A stretch of 64,000 nucleotides of DNA from Chthoniobacteraceae bacterium (lineage in GTDB: Bacteria; Verrucomicrobiota; Verrucomicrobiia; Chthoniobacterales; Chthoniobacteraceae). The stretch lies in assembly GCA_031409655.1 (NCBI GenBank), contig JANNXQ010000232.1:1-64000 (forward strand). Direction: 5' to 3'. How positions within the stretch are numbered: the stretch's first letter is position 1; each line of letters opens with the position of its first letter. The notes under the pieces were generated by a model. That model searched no databases. It worked only from the letters and a program-made list of their open reading frames with translations, and had not been told where the DNA came from. Both the position numbers and the translations under genes were made by a program. This document shows, piece after piece, positions 9,871 to 19,692 of the stretch.

Positions 9871-10262
9871 GCCTTTTTCACATCCTGCGCCTTGAGCAGC
9901 CCCTTGTCGCCTACTTCGATCTTAAAGAGAAACCGCTGGCCGCGTTCGATATTCACGCTGCTGAAACTGGCCGGCACGAGGATCGGCAGCACTTCTCCGC
10001 CGGGCCCATCGACGGAGAAAAGGCGGCCACCGATGGCCGACCACTCGAGTTGCTTGAGCACCGTGGCGTCCAGCTTGTAAACATTGCCGCGCAGGCTGTT
10101 CGCATTTTCCAGATAGTCCTGCACCGGCAAGACCGTCACGGTGCGATAGGGATCACTCACCCGCCCGAAGAGGAAATAGCCTCCAGCGATCGCTGCCAAG
10201 ACGAGCCCTGCAGCGAGTAAAAGCCACACGGGATGGGCGGAGGAACTAGCGCGGCGTGCCAT
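9867..10262 (-). CDS. Hypothetical membrane-anchored protein, possible OB-fold
   Basis: One N-terminal TM (VWLLLAAGLVLAAIAGGYFLF) followed by a beta-rich domain. Confidence 0.7.
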   Translation of the reverse strand: MARRASSSAHPVWLLLAAGLVLAAIAGGYFLFGRVSDPYRTVTVLPVQDYLENANSLRGNVYKLDATVLKQLEWSAIGGRLFSVDGPGGEVLPILVPASFSSVNIERGQRFLFKIEVGDKGLLKAQDVKKA

Positions 10263-10340
10263 CGCGCAAGAAAAGGCGAAATACCGAAAGGGGAAAGGAG
10301 AATTTGCGCCAGACTCGGTCTGCAATGCGCCGCCCGATCA

Positions 10341-11459
10341 TTACTTGATCAACCCGAAGTGCGGACGGAATGGCCAGTACACGAACATCCCGCGCCCCAT
10401 GATATTGCGCTGCGGAACGGGACCCCAATCGCGACTATCCGAACTGTGGTAGCTATTGTCGCCGAGCGCAAAGTACATCTCGGGCGGCACCTTGTAGGTC
10501 TGCTCCGGCGAACGAAGGATGGGCGTCAGAAAACTCGGGAAGCCATTGGCATAACCGCCGTATTCGTTTTTGCGGTCCATCACGCGGCCCATGGCTTCGC
10601 CTTTCGCGCGCTCCCCATTCACAAAGAGCTCCGGAGGATCGATGCGCAATTCTTCGCCCGGCTCTCCGCAGAGGCGCTTGATGTAAAACTGCGAGGGCGA
10701 GTTCGGATTACTCCGATTCTCCATCGTCTCAATGCCGCCGGTGTTGAAGACGAAAACCTCCTCCCGGCGCGGCTTCCGAAAGTGATAGGTGAACTTATCC
10801 ACAAAGACGTGATCGCCGGTCTCATGGTAACCTCGCGCAATCGGCTCCCCGGCCCGGAGCCGCCGCCCCTGGCGCACGAAAAAGTGGTCGCGAGCGGTCG
10901 GGTAAGGCACATGCAGGTAATAGGAATTCCGATCCGTCACGACTTGCGTGTAGGTCATGAATAGAAAACGCGACACCTCTTTCACCTCCCCGATGGTCTC
11001 ATCCGCCTTGGCCGGCACATCCAGATAGGTCCGCCCGCGCCAGATACCGTCCCAGATGCGCACGAACACATTGGGCAGCGGCTCCTGGGACGGATAACCG
11101 ATGATGCCATTGAGCGTCGGGAACATCGAACCCGTCGGAATCGTGAATGGCTGGAGAAAGTAGGTGCGCACGCCGAGTGCGACGACGATGGCCACGAGGA
11201 AGACTTCGACATTCTCCCGGATCCCAGCATTCGCGACCGCCGGGAGATTGGCATTGCAGCGCCCATCGAGATCCCGCGCCGCCGTCTCGACCCGCCCCTT
11301 ATCCCCCGTCTTCACCGCCTCCTCGAGGCCAGTCACGCTCCGCTCAAACTCCGCGATCTGATCCCCCGTCCAAAGGTCCCGTTTGTAGGCCAGCAGCTTG
11401 CGCGCGTCCTTGGCAAATTGGCGGCCTTGTTTGAGGTAGCGAGGGGTGAGAAAAAACAT
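10341..11459 (-). CDS. lepB: Signal peptidase I
   Basis: IPTGSMFPTL (catalytic Ser), GDHVFVDK, YIKRLCG (catalytic Lys), GDNSYHSSDSRDWG. Confidence 0.93.
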   Translation of the reverse strand: MFFLTPRYLKQGRQFAKDARKLLAYKRDLWTGDQIAEFERSVTGLEEAVKTGDKGRVETAARDLDGRCNANLPAVANAGIRENVEVFLVAIVVALGVRTYFLQPFTIPTGSMFPTLNGIIGYPSQEPLPNVFVRIWDGIWRGRTYLDVPAKADETIGEVKEVSRFLFMTYTQVVTDRNSYYLHVPYPTARDHFFVRQGRRLRAGEPIARGYHETGDHVFVDKFTYHFRKPRREEVFVFNTGGIETMENRSNPNSPSQFYIKRLCGEPGEELRIDPPELFVNGERAKGEAMGRVMDRKNEYGGYANGFPSFLTPILRSPEQTYKVPPEMYFALGDNSYHSSDSRDWGPVPQRNIMGRGMFVYWPFRPHFGLIK

Positions 11460-11611
11460 GAGGCGCGCCTTGTAGCCCTCCGTCCGGCACGCGGCAAGGG
11501 TCGAAGTATCCGCCGGAAAAAGAGGCTCGATTTCGCCTCCGAAATATCCCTTGCCACTCCCGGAGCGCCGTGGCAGTCTCCCGGCCCTTTTCCAAGGGAA
11601 AACCACCTTTT

Positions 11612-11923
11612 ATGGCATACGCAATATTCAAAACCGGCGGCAAACAATACCGCGTGAAAACCGGCGACGTCGTCGCCATCGAGAAACTCGACTTGGAACC
11701 CGGTGGCGAAGCCCGCTTCGACGAAGTGCTCTTCGTCGGCGAAGGGGCCAGCATCAAGGTCGCTGCGGCTCTCAAGGGCGCATCCGTCGTCGGCGAAGTC
11801 GTCGAGCAGATCAAGGCGCCGAAGCTGATCGCCTACCGCTACAAGCGCCGCAAAGGCTACCACCGCACCGTCGGCCATCGCCAAAAACTCACGCGCGTGA
11901 AGATCATCTCGATCCCCGCCTGA
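11612..11923 (+). CDS. rplU: 50S ribosomal protein L21
   Basis: YAIFKTGGKQYRV...YKRRKGYHRTVGHRQ. Confidence 0.97.
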   Translation: MAYAIFKTGGKQYRVKTGDVVAIEKLDLEPGGEARFDEVLFVGEGASIKVAAALKGASVVGEVVEQIKAPKLIAYRYKRRKGYHRTVGHRQKLTRVKIISIPA

Positions 11924-11962
11924 TTCCCTTTCCTCCTCCAACACTCAACTCCCTCTTCCCAA

Positions 11963-12220
11963 ATGGCTCATAAGAAAGGTCAAGGCTCAGTCAAGAACGG
12001 GCGCGACAGCGTCAGCAAGCGTCTCGGCGTCAAGAAATTTGGCAGCCAGAGCGTCATCGCCGGCAACATCATCATCCGCCAGCGCGGCCGGAAATTTCAC
12101 CCCGGCAAGAACGTCGGCCTCGGTCGCGACTACACGATCTTCGCCTTGGTTGACGGCACCGTCCGCTTCGATCGCGAAGGCCGCCGGGTGAACGTCGATC
12201 CCCTCGCTTCGGTCAACTGA
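11963..12220 (+). CDS. rpmA: 50S ribosomal protein L27
   Basis: [16 protein letters not shown]. Confidence 0.97.
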   Translation: MAHKKGQGSVKNGRDSVSKRLGVKKFGSQSVIAGNIIIRQRGRKFHPGKNVGLGRDYTIFALVDGTVRFDREGRRVNVDPLASVN

Positions 12221-12253
12221 CCCAAGCCCGCAACCCGGGCCTTCCAATTTACG

Positions 12254-12291
12254 CAGGCGTCGCAGCGAAGAGTTGCGGCGCCTGTTTTTTT
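12254..12291 (+). terminator. Intrinsic terminator after rpmA
   Basis: caggcgtcgcagc-gaaga-gttgcggcgcctg stem followed by T7. Confidence 0.8.
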
Positions 12292-12360
12292 GCAAGAGAC
12301 GCCCGGGGCCCGCTCTTCCCTTGTGGAGCGTGGCCTGCACTTTCTCGATGGAGAAGGCTG

Positions 12361-12945
12361 TTACTCCCCCGTCGGAGGAGGCAGCAGATGCTTTTTGATC
12401 TCGTGCCGCGTGAACAATCGCCCACCCAGATAAAGCAGCACCGCCACAATCAGCGCGCCCAGCAGGAAGTGCTCGATGCTCTTCACCCGGCCGATGATCG
12501 CCTCGGCGCTGTGGCTGAGGAAATAACCCACTGCCGCAAGCCCCGTCCCCCAGACGCTGAGCGCGCACAGTTCGATGAACGCGAAGCGCCTGACGGGCAG
12601 CTTTTGCACGCCCCAGAAAACGAGACTCGGATTGCGGGTGCCATAGATGAAGCGGCAGAGGAAAAGTTCCCACGGACCAAACCGTTCGGCGAGCCGCTCC
12701 ACGACGGGGCCGAGCCTCCGATAGACCCGCGAATCCCGAATGGACTCTGCTCGCGCATGTCCCAGCCAAAACCAGAGGGAGTCATGGACCAACGCTCCAG
12801 CCAGACACGCGAGCAACGCCGGCCCCGGCGCCACGATTCCCAGATGGGCAATGACCCCGGCCATGATGAAGACGATGTCATTCTCGACCATCGCGCAGAG
12901 GAAGATAGCGAGGAGTCCGTATTCGGTGAGAAAGTTCTGCATCAA
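12361..12945 (-). CDS. DedA/SNARE-associated membrane protein
   Basis: YGLLAIFL..., GALVHDSLWFWLG, RFIYGTR DedA-type motif; multiple TMs. Confidence 0.8.
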   Translation of the reverse strand: MMQNFLTEYGLLAIFLCAMVENDIVFIMAGVIAHLGIVAPGPALLACLAGALVHDSLWFWLGHARAESIRDSRVYRRLGPVVERLAERFGPWELFLCRFIYGTRNPSLVFWGVQKLPVRRFAFIELCALSVWGTGLAAVGYFLSHSAEAIIGRVKSIEHFLLGALIVAVLLYLGGRLFTRHEIKKHLLPPPTGE

Positions 12946-13048
12946 GTTCCCCGTCGGGGCTGCACTCTGCCGAGCCGATGCTCAGACGCCACCAGGAATC
13001 GCATCCGTGAGTGAAAGGACTTGGGCTCCCGTATTCAACTCGCCCCTC

Positions 13049-13099
13049 AATAAAGAAGAAATCCGCAGATTCGCACGGCCTGCGAAGCGGCGGATTCCT
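13049..13099 (-). terminator. Probable terminator of the ribosomal superoperon, after rpsD
   Basis: Minus strand GAATCCGC..TTCGCA-ggccg-TGCGAA..GCGGATTTC then TTCTTTATT. Confidence 0.55.
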
Positions 13100-13152
13100 C
13101 TCCGGAAAGACTTTGGTCGCGCTACTTTTGCGGCGCTATTGCCAGTCCGTTC

Positions 13153-13764
13153 TTAGCGCGAGTAGAGCTCGACGATGAGCTGCTCGTTCACGATCGGCGC
13201 GATCTCATCGCGCGTCGGGATACGGGAGACTTGGCCTTTGAAATTGTCCTTGTCCACACTCAGCCAATCCGGAACCGGGACGATCTGCGTGAGTTCGATA
13301 TTCCGCGCCGCGAGACGCCGGGACTGCGGCTTGTCTTTCACGGTGATGTTATCGCCGGGCTTCACGTTAAAGGAGGAGACGTCAACTTTCCGTCCATTGA
13401 CCTGCACATGGCCGTGCGCCACGAGTTGGCGAGCCCCATTGCGGCTATTCGCAAAACCGAGGCGATAGACGACGTTGTCCAGACGGGTTTCGAGAAGTTG
13501 AAGGAGGATCTCACCCGTGACGCCCCGGCGCTTGGCGGCGATTTCAAAGTAGCGCCGGAACTGCCGTTCGAGGACGCCGTATTGGTAGCGGAGCTTCTGC
13601 TTCTCGCCGAGCGCCACCGCGTATTCGCTCTGCTTGCGGCGGGAGCCTTTGGGACCGTGCATGCCGGGTCCGTAGTTTTTGCGTTCGAGCGCCTTGGAAG
13701 GGCCGAAGATGGCGACGCCGAAGCGCCGGCTGATTTTCGATTTAGGGCCTGTGTATCGTGCCAT
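13153..13764 (-). CDS. rpsD: 30S ribosomal protein S4
   Basis: MARYTGPK, LETRLDNVVYRLG, IVELYSR. Confidence 0.97.
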   Translation of the reverse strand: MARYTGPKSKISRRFGVAIFGPSKALERKNYGPGMHGPKGSRRKQSEYAVALGEKQKLRYQYGVLERQFRRYFEIAAKRRGVTGEILLQLLETRLDNVVYRLGFANSRNGARQLVAHGHVQVNGRKVDVSSFNVKPGDNITVKDKPQSRRLAARNIELTQIVPVPDWLSVDKDNFKGQVSRIPTRDEIAPIVNEQLIVELYSR

Positions 13765-13814
13765 GGGATTTGAGTATTAGGTCTTGAGCGTTGGCGTGAG
13801 GTCAGCGAGTTGCG

Positions 13815-14411
13815 TCAGACGCGGCGCTGCTTGGGAGGTCGGCAGCCATTGTGGGGCACCGGGGTGACATCCTTGATGAGGGTGATTTCCAGTCCCACGG
13901 CTTGGATGGCGCGGACTGCGGACTCGCGCCCGGCACCGGGGCCCTTCACGCGCACTTCGACCTCGCGGAGGCCGTGGCCCATAGCCTGGCGGCAGGCGTC
14001 CTGCGCAACCATCTGAGCAGCGTAGGCCGTGCTTTTGCGCGAACCCTTGAACCCACATTTGCCCGCACTCGACCATCCGATCACGTGCCCAGCGGCATCC
14101 GTGACACTGACGATGGTGTTATTAAAGCTGGCCTGCACGTGCGCCACCCCTGTGTGCACGTTTTTGCTCCCCTTAGCCTTGACGATCTTGATCTGCTCGA
14201 CCACCGAGTTCGGGTCGAGAGAGAGATTCTCTTCTTTCTTTGGCTGCTCTGCGCCGGCCGCGGCAGCCGCGTCTTTCTTCTTCGGAGCCCTGGTTTTTGC
14301 GGCCTTCGGGGCAGCGGCTTCTACCACCGGGGCAGCAGCAGCAGCGACAGGTGCTGCGGCAGGAGCTTCATTCTCCGGCGTCGCGGGCGTGGGTGTTTCG
14401 GAATCAGGCAT
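13815..14411 (-). CDS. rpsK: 30S ribosomal protein S11 with long N-terminal extension
   Basis: [31 protein letters not shown]. Confidence 0.96.
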   Translation of the reverse strand: MPDSETPTPATPENEAPAAAPVAAAAAPVVEAAAPKAAKTRAPKKKDAAAAAGAEQPKKEENLSLDPNSVVEQIKIVKAKGSKNVHTGVAHVQASFNNTIVSVTDAAGHVIGWSSAGKCGFKGSRKSTAYAAQMVAQDACRQAMGHGLREVEVRVKGPGAGRESAVRAIQAVGLEITLIKDVTPVPHNGCRPPKQRRV

Positions 14412-14429
14412 ACGTGTGGTCGTTTGGAG

Positions 14430-14825
14430 TTATTTGGCGGACTTTGGCGCTTCTTTGGCGCGCTGGACGCCGACAGTCTTGCGGGGCCCCTTCCGGGTGC
14501 GGGCATTCGTGCTCGTGCGCTGCCCACGCACCGGAAGACTCCGGCGATGGCGAATGCCGCGGTAACAGTTGATGCCCTGCAGCCGCTTCAGGTTCTGTTG
14601 GATTTCGCGTCGGAGATCACCTTCGATGGCAAGTTTGCTGGCCGTGATCGCCTGAATGATCTGATTCACCTGCTCGCCAGTCAGATCCTTCGCCCGCATG
14701 TCAGGATTGATGTTGGCTTGTTCGAGAATCTTTTTCGCACTGCTCGGCCCGATGCCGTAAATGTAAGGAAGCGACGCTTCGATGCGCTTGTCGCCGGGAA
14801 TATCAACGCCTAGGAGTCGTGGCAT
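14430..14825 (-). CDS. rpsM: 30S ribosomal protein S13
   Basis: [23 protein letters not shown]. Confidence 0.97.
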   Translation of the reverse strand: MPRLLGVDIPGDKRIEASLPYIYGIGPSSAKKILEQANINPDMRAKDLTGEQVNQIIQAITASKLAIEGDLRREIQQNLKRLQGINCYRGIRHRRSLPVRGQRTSTNARTRKGPRKTVGVQRAKEAPKSAK

Positions 14826-14934
14826 GGTGGATTGGGATTTGAGGTGGTTGGATTGAGGATTTCAGGTAGTTCGATTTCGCAGAGCATTCGGGAGATTTCC
14901 CGGTCGCCAGACGATTCTCTCGAACTGCAAGCGC

Positions 14935-15048
14935 TTAGCCTTGCCGCTGCTTGTGCCGGGCGTTTTTGCAGATGACGCGGACGACATTTTTGCGCTTCAC
15001 GATGCGGCAGCTTTCGCAAAGACGTTTGACGGATGCTCTTACTTTCAT
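14935..15048 (-). CDS. rpmJ: 50S ribosomal protein L36, zinc-binding type (absent from ORF track)
   Basis: Manual translation [37 protein letters not shown]. Confidence 0.96.
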   Translation of the reverse strand: MKVRASVKRLCESCRIVKRKNVVRVICKNARHKQRQG

Positions 15049-15077
15049 AGGTAAATTTGGGCTTTAATTTGGAGGAC

Positions 15078-15116
15078 AAAAAATCGCCATGGAGACTCGG
15101 AAGTCTCCAGTGCGAT
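15078..15116 (-). terminator. Terminator-like hairpin between infA and rpmJ
   Basis: Minus strand ATCGCACTGGAGACT-TCCG-AGTCTCCATGGCGAT followed by TTTTT. Confidence 0.45.
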
Positions 15117-15127
15117 CGACGATTTCA

Positions 15128-15346
15128 CTACTTTTGCCGGGAGGTGACCCGGCCATTGGTCAAGTCGTAGGAGCGCATTTCTATCACTACTTCGGCACCT
15201 GGCAAGATGCGAATGAAGGGCAAACGCATTTTCCCTGGAAGGCCTGCAAGGATCGGGTGTTCACCGCGAAGCTCAACCCGAAACGAGGTGCTTGAGAATG
15301 GTGCAATCACTTTTTGTCCTAGTTCAACAGCGTCTTTTTTCGCCAT
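15128..15346 (-). CDS. infA: Translation initiation factor IF-1, strongly diverged (possibly decaying)
   Basis: 72 aa, MAKKDAVEL...FRVEL...GKMR..FIRILPG..V...SYDLT.GR; canonical position between map and rpmJ. Confidence 0.7.
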   Translation of the reverse strand: MAKKDAVELGQKVIAPFSSTSFRVELRGEHPILAGLPGKMRLPFIRILPGAEVVIEMRSYDLTNGRVTSRQK

Positions 15347-16086
15347 GTGAGGATCTCCGGTTCGGCTTTGGTGATCAAAACAGTGTGCTCGAAATGCGCA
15401 GAATGCTTTCCGTCCAGCGTGACCACCGTCCACTTGTCCGGGAGCACCCGCACGCCTGCCACGCCCATATTCACCATCGGTTCGATGGCGATGGTCATGC
15501 CGGCCTTGAGTTTCGGCCCGCTGCCCGCCCGCCCGTAATTTGGCACCTGGGGCTCCTCATGCAGTTTTCTGCCAACCCCATGTCCCACAAACTCCCTGAC
15601 GACGCTGTACCCGTGAGCCCCTACTTCGTCCTCAATCGCTGAACAAAGGTCCCCCAACCGACGACCGGCAACTGCATAGGTAATCGCGAGTTCGAGAGTG
15701 TCTTCCGTCACTTGCAGCAATCGCTGCACGCGCGGATCGATCGCTCCCACAGGAACCGTGGTCGCAGTGTCGCCCACCCAGCCATCCTTCACCACACCAA
15801 TGTCGAGCTTCACGATGTCGCCATATTGAATGCGTCGAGGCCCTCCGATGCCATGCACCACTTCCTCATTGACGGAAATACAGATATTACCCGGAAAGCC
15901 ACGGTAGCCGAGAAATGCGCTTTTACAGTCAAACTCCGCCATGTACTCCGCCGCCGCGCGATCAACTTCGCCCGTCGTCACCCCAGGCCGGATCAAGCTC
16001 GAAACCCGGTCCAATATGTCGCTCGCCACACGGCAGGAGTTCCGCATGCGTTCGATTTCGCGGTCACTCTTGATCGGGATACTCAC
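15319..16086 (-). CDS. map: Methionine aminopeptidase type I
   Basis: CISVNEEVVHGI, DIG...GDTA, GHGVG..LHEEP, IEPM, SAHFEHT. Confidence 0.96.
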   Translation of the reverse strand: MSIPIKSDREIERMRNSCRVASDILDRVSSLIRPGVTTGEVDRAAAEYMAEFDCKSAFLGYRGFPGNICISVNEEVVHGIGGPRRIQYGDIVKLDIGVVKDGWVGDTATTVPVGAIDPRVQRLLQVTEDTLELAITYAVAGRRLGDLCSAIEDEVGAHGYSVVREFVGHGVGRKLHEEPQVPNYGRAGSGPKLKAGMTIAIEPMVNMGVAGVRVLPDKWTVVTLDGKHSAHFEHTVLITKAEPEILTWRKKTLLN

Positions 16087-16730
16087 GATTCCTCAAGAAT
16101 TTCCACGACCTCACCAAAGACTTTCTCCGGGGACTGAGTGGCATCAATCGTCCGCAGCAAACCCCGCTCCTCATAAAAACCAATCAGTGGAGCACTCTTC
16201 GCGCCATACTCATCCATTCGCACCGCCAATGTCTCAAGCGTGTCGTCCGAACGGCGCAGGAGCGGAGCTCCACAGGAGGGACAAGGAGAATCCGCCGCAA
16301 CATCGTGGATCCCACTGCTGAAATTACGCGCGCATTTCGAGCAGACACAGCGACTCGTGACGCGTCCCTGCAAAGTCACTAAATCTGCTTCAAAGGAGAG
16401 GGCAATTTCCAGTGGAGATCCTCTCGCCGCGAGCATTTGCCCCAACGCATCCGCCTGCCCCAAGCTCCGCGGATAACCATCAAAAATAAATTGCGAGTCG
16501 TGCTTTTCCAGCCACCGGGCAACGAGTTGATTCGCAATACTATCAGGGACGAGTCTTCCGTGAGTGGTGTACTCGCCCGCCTCGGAACCCAAATCCGTTC
16601 CGGCAGCACTCTCCTCACGCAGCATCGAACCGGGCGAAGCGCTCGGGATTTCGTAACGGGCCGTGATCATCTCCGCCTGCGTGCCCTTTCCGGATGCTGG
16701 TGGTCCAAGCAGAACGATCCGTCGTTTCAC
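16083..16730 (-). CDS. adk: Adenylate kinase (Cys4 zinc LID)
   Basis: GPPASGKGTQ, DGYPR, CSKC..CPSC, RSDD; GTG start overlaps secY stop. Confidence 0.93.
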   Translation of the reverse strand: MKRRIVLLGPPASGKGTQAEMITARYEIPSASPGSMLREESAAGTDLGSEAGEYTTHGRLVPDSIANQLVARWLEKHDSQFIFDGYPRSLGQADALGQMLAARGSPLEIALSFEADLVTLQGRVTSRCVCSKCARNFSSGIHDVAADSPCPSCGAPLLRRSDDTLETLAVRMDEYGAKSAPLIGFYEERGLLRTIDATQSPEKVFGEVVEILEES

Positions 16731-18235
16731 TACCGAAACCGCCCCGCGATGAAAATCGTCAAACCCGCGACCAAGAGAATTGCGATGCCCACATACATCC
16801 AAATGAGAGCCCCCTGTTGGACCGCTTCCCCCCGGGCATTGGGGGCGCGATCAAAGCGACCACGCAGGCGGCCCTTGCGAAGAAAACCATCGTAGTGCCG
16901 CTGGATCAAATGCGTTTCAACCTGCCGCATGGTATCCAGGACGACGCCCACGCAGATCAATAAACTGGTGCCGCCAAAGAACTGCGCCGTCACATAGGGC
17001 ACATTGAGTTGATGAGAGAGCATCTGGGGCAGAATCGCTATGATCGTCAGAAAAATAGCGCCGGCAAAGGTCAGCCGGGTCATGGTGAAATCGAGGAAAT
17101 CAGCCGTCGGCTTTCCAGGGCGGACGCCCGGAATATACCCTCCGTACTTCTTCAGATCGTCAGCGATTTGTTGCGGCTGAAACTGCGTCGCAACCCAAAA
17201 ATAGCTAAAGAAGAAAATCATCACTCCGTAGAGGAGATAATGGAGCCAACCAGCCTGAAGCATACCCGCAAACTTCTGCGCCGCAGGACTGTTTTTGAAG
17301 GCCATCGTCACGATCGTTGACGGGAAGACGAGCAGCGCTTGCGCGAAAATAATCGGCATCACCCCTGCATAGTTAACCTTCAGCGGCATATACTGAGTCT
17401 GCCCTCCATACACTTTCCGACCCACAACCCGCTTCGCATACTGAACGCTAATCTTGCGCTGCGCCTGCGTGATGCAAATCACGCCCGCGATCACCAGCAC
17501 TAAAAACGCCAGCATCAGCACCAGCACCAGTGGATTCACCTGGCTTTGCTGACCATCAGAGGGAACAAACGTATTCCACGCCTGGATGAGCGCCGCAGGC
17601 AACCGCGCCACGATCCCCACGGTAATCACTAAGGACATTCCGTTTCCTATGCCTCGGTCCGTGATCTGATCGCCAAGCCACATCAAAAACATCGTCCCCG
17701 CCGTCAACGTTATTACGGTGATGATTCGGAAAGCCATTCCGGGATTGGAAACGAGAGGAATTCCGAGCTGGGCTATAGTGTCCTGGATTCCCGAAAGGAA
17801 CGGATTTGAGCCGGGGTTCTCAAAAGATAGCGCGAGAAGATATCCCTGAAAAAGACAGAGAAGAATCGTGACGTAACGCGTGTACTGCATCACCTTCTGC
17901 CGCCCGCCGTCCTCTTTGGCGAGTTTGCCAAGCTGAGGAATCACCGCGGTCAGCAGTTGGAGCATGATGCTCGCGCTGATGTACGGCATTACGCCCAGGG
18001 AGAAAACCGCGCAATTCTCAAGCGCGCCACCGCTGAAAATGTTAAACAGCGCCGCAATCGATCCCCCCGACTGGTTGTTCAACTGATTATCAAACCAATG
18101 CTGAATGACGGCCGCATTGATCCCCGGGCAAGTGATCGCGGCACCGATCCGCACAAGCACCAGCATTACGAGCGTGAAAATCACCCGATTCCGAAGTTCT
18201 GGAATCTTAAAAGTATTGGTAAACGCGGAAATCAT
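16730..18235 (-). CDS. secY: Preprotein translocase SecY
   Basis: LGVMPYISASI, GIGNGMS, GVMPIIFA, IPGVRPG, FGGTSLLI. Confidence 0.97.
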   Translation of the reverse strand: MISAFTNTFKIPELRNRVIFTLVMLVLVRIGAAITCPGINAAVIQHWFDNQLNNQSGGSIAALFNIFSGGALENCAVFSLGVMPYISASIMLQLLTAVIPQLGKLAKEDGGRQKVMQYTRYVTILLCLFQGYLLALSFENPGSNPFLSGIQDTIAQLGIPLVSNPGMAFRIITVITLTAGTMFLMWLGDQITDRGIGNGMSLVITVGIVARLPAALIQAWNTFVPSDGQQSQVNPLVLVLMLAFLVLVIAGVICITQAQRKISVQYAKRVVGRKVYGGQTQYMPLKVNYAGVMPIIFAQALLVFPSTIVTMAFKNSPAAQKFAGMLQAGWLHYLLYGVMIFFFSYFWVATQFQPQQIADDLKKYGGYIPGVRPGKPTADFLDFTMTRLTFAGAIFLTIIAILPQMLSHQLNVPYVTAQFFGGTSLLICVGVVLDTMRQVETHLIQRHYDGFLRKGRLRGRFDRAPNARGEAVQQGALIWMYVGIAILLVAGLTIFIAGRFR

Positions 18236-18316
18236 CGAAGGGCGTTATCTACTTTCAGTCGAACCACGAATGCCGCCGCGCTAGCTTCCCGTGCGCCAAC
18301 CGTGATGTCCCAAGCA

Positions 18317-18760
18317 TTACTTAAGGGTGAGCGACCCGCCCGTCTTCTCTATCGCCGCTTTCGCGGAGACACTTGCCTTGTCTGCGGTAATGCTGAGCTT
18401 CTTTTTCAGTTCACCGAAGCCTAGGATCTTCACCTTTTCATACGGTCTGCGAATCAATCCCGCTTCAAGCAACGCTCTCTCATCCACCACTGAACCGTCT
18501 TCGAAGCAATTTAAAGAATCAAGATTCACCACCGCAAATTGGACCTTGAATTCAGCATTGTTGAAACCCCGCTTTGGAATCCGACGAATCAAAGGCATCT
18601 GACCACCCTCGAAACCGAGTCGGATACTCCCGCCTGAACGAGCCTTCTGTCCCTTGTGACCCTTGCCCGATGTCTTTCCATGTCCACTGCTTTCGCCACA
18701 ACCAAGGCGCTTCACCCGATGCTTTGATCCAGGACGGGGCTTGAGATTCGAAAGATTCAT
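18317..18760 (-). CDS. rplO: 50S ribosomal protein L15
   Basis: GKTSGKGHKGQKARSG, FEGGQMPL. Confidence 0.97.
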   Translation of the reverse strand: MNLSNLKPRPGSKHRVKRLGCGESSGHGKTSGKGHKGQKARSGGSIRLGFEGGQMPLIRRIPKRGFNNAEFKVQFAVVNLDSLNCFEDGSVVDERALLEAGLIRRPYEKVKILGFGELKKKLSITADKASVSAKAAIEKTGGSLTLK

Positions 18761-18764
18761 AAAC

Positions 18765-19316
18765 TTAGGTATCGGCGCCGCTTGTTGCGGCCTTGTAGGA
18801 AATTCCCCTGATTTTCAGAACCGTTTCCCGGAGCCGAAGTTGCTGCAACGCCCCAATCGTGGCCTTAACAACATTCGCATGATTACTGGATCCGAGGGAC
18901 TTCGCAAGAACGTCACGAATACCAGCCGCTTCCACAACCGCCCGCACCCCACCACCTGCAATAACCCCTGTTCCAGGAGACGCAGGCTTCAACAAGACCC
19001 GTCCACCACCGTGCTCCCCAATCACTTCATGCGGGATCGTGTTATTATGAACAGCAACCTTGACCATTGACTTCCGTGCGGAGTCGCTCGCCTTGCGAAT
19101 CGCCTCAGAGACCTCGTTTGCCTTTCCAAAGCCAACACCAACCTTGCCCTTTTTGTCACCCGAAACAATGAGTGCGCTAAAACTAAAACGGCGTCCACCT
19201 TTGACGACCTTCGCGCATCGATTGATAAAGACAACCTTCTCCGTAAGATCCGAGGGATCTTTCGGCTTTTCCTGTCGGTCGCGTCGGTTACGGTTACCTT
19301 GTTGGGGAGCTGCCAT
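18765..19316 (-). CDS. rpsE: 30S ribosomal protein S5
   Basis: [26 protein letters not shown]. Confidence 0.96.
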   Translation of the reverse strand: MAAPQQGNRNRRDRQEKPKDPSDLTEKVVFINRCAKVVKGGRRFSFSALIVSGDKKGKVGVGFGKANEVSEAIRKASDSARKSMVKVAVHNNTIPHEVIGEHGGGRVLLKPASPGTGVIAGGGVRAVVEAAGIRDVLAKSLGSSNHANVVKATIGALQQLRLRETVLKIRGISYKAATSGADT

Positions 19317-19326
19317 AGTAATGAAT

Positions 19327-19689
19327 TTAGAATTCGAGGCCACCCTCGCGAGCGGCGTCTGCAAGGGCCTTAACCTTGCCGTGATAAATGAAACCGCCAC
19401 GGTCAAATACGACCTTGCTCACGCTCTTACCTTTCGCGCGTTCCGCTACAAGTTTCCCCACTTTTTCCGCGGTTACCTTATTGGCGCGGCTCGACTTGTC
19501 ATCACGGAATTCCTTCTCAGTAGTGCAAACGGAGGCAACGGTGACCCCTGCTTGGTCATCAATGACCTGCGCATAAATATGCTGCCCTGAAAAATGCACT
19601 GCGAGTCTCGGGCGCTCCGGCGTCCCAGAAATCTTCTTGCGGAGGCGCTTGTGGCGCAGCCTGATCGGGTTAATTTTCTTCGTGGCCAT
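19327..19689 (-). CDS. rplR: 50S ribosomal protein L18
   Basis: [31 protein letters not shown]. Confidence 0.97.
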   Translation of the reverse strand: MATKKINPIRLRHKRLRKKISGTPERPRLAVHFSGQHIYAQVIDDQAGVTVASVCTTEKEFRDDKSSRANKVTAEKVGKLVAERAKGKSVSKVVFDRGGFIYHGKVKALADAAREGGLEF

Positions 19690-19692
19690 GGC

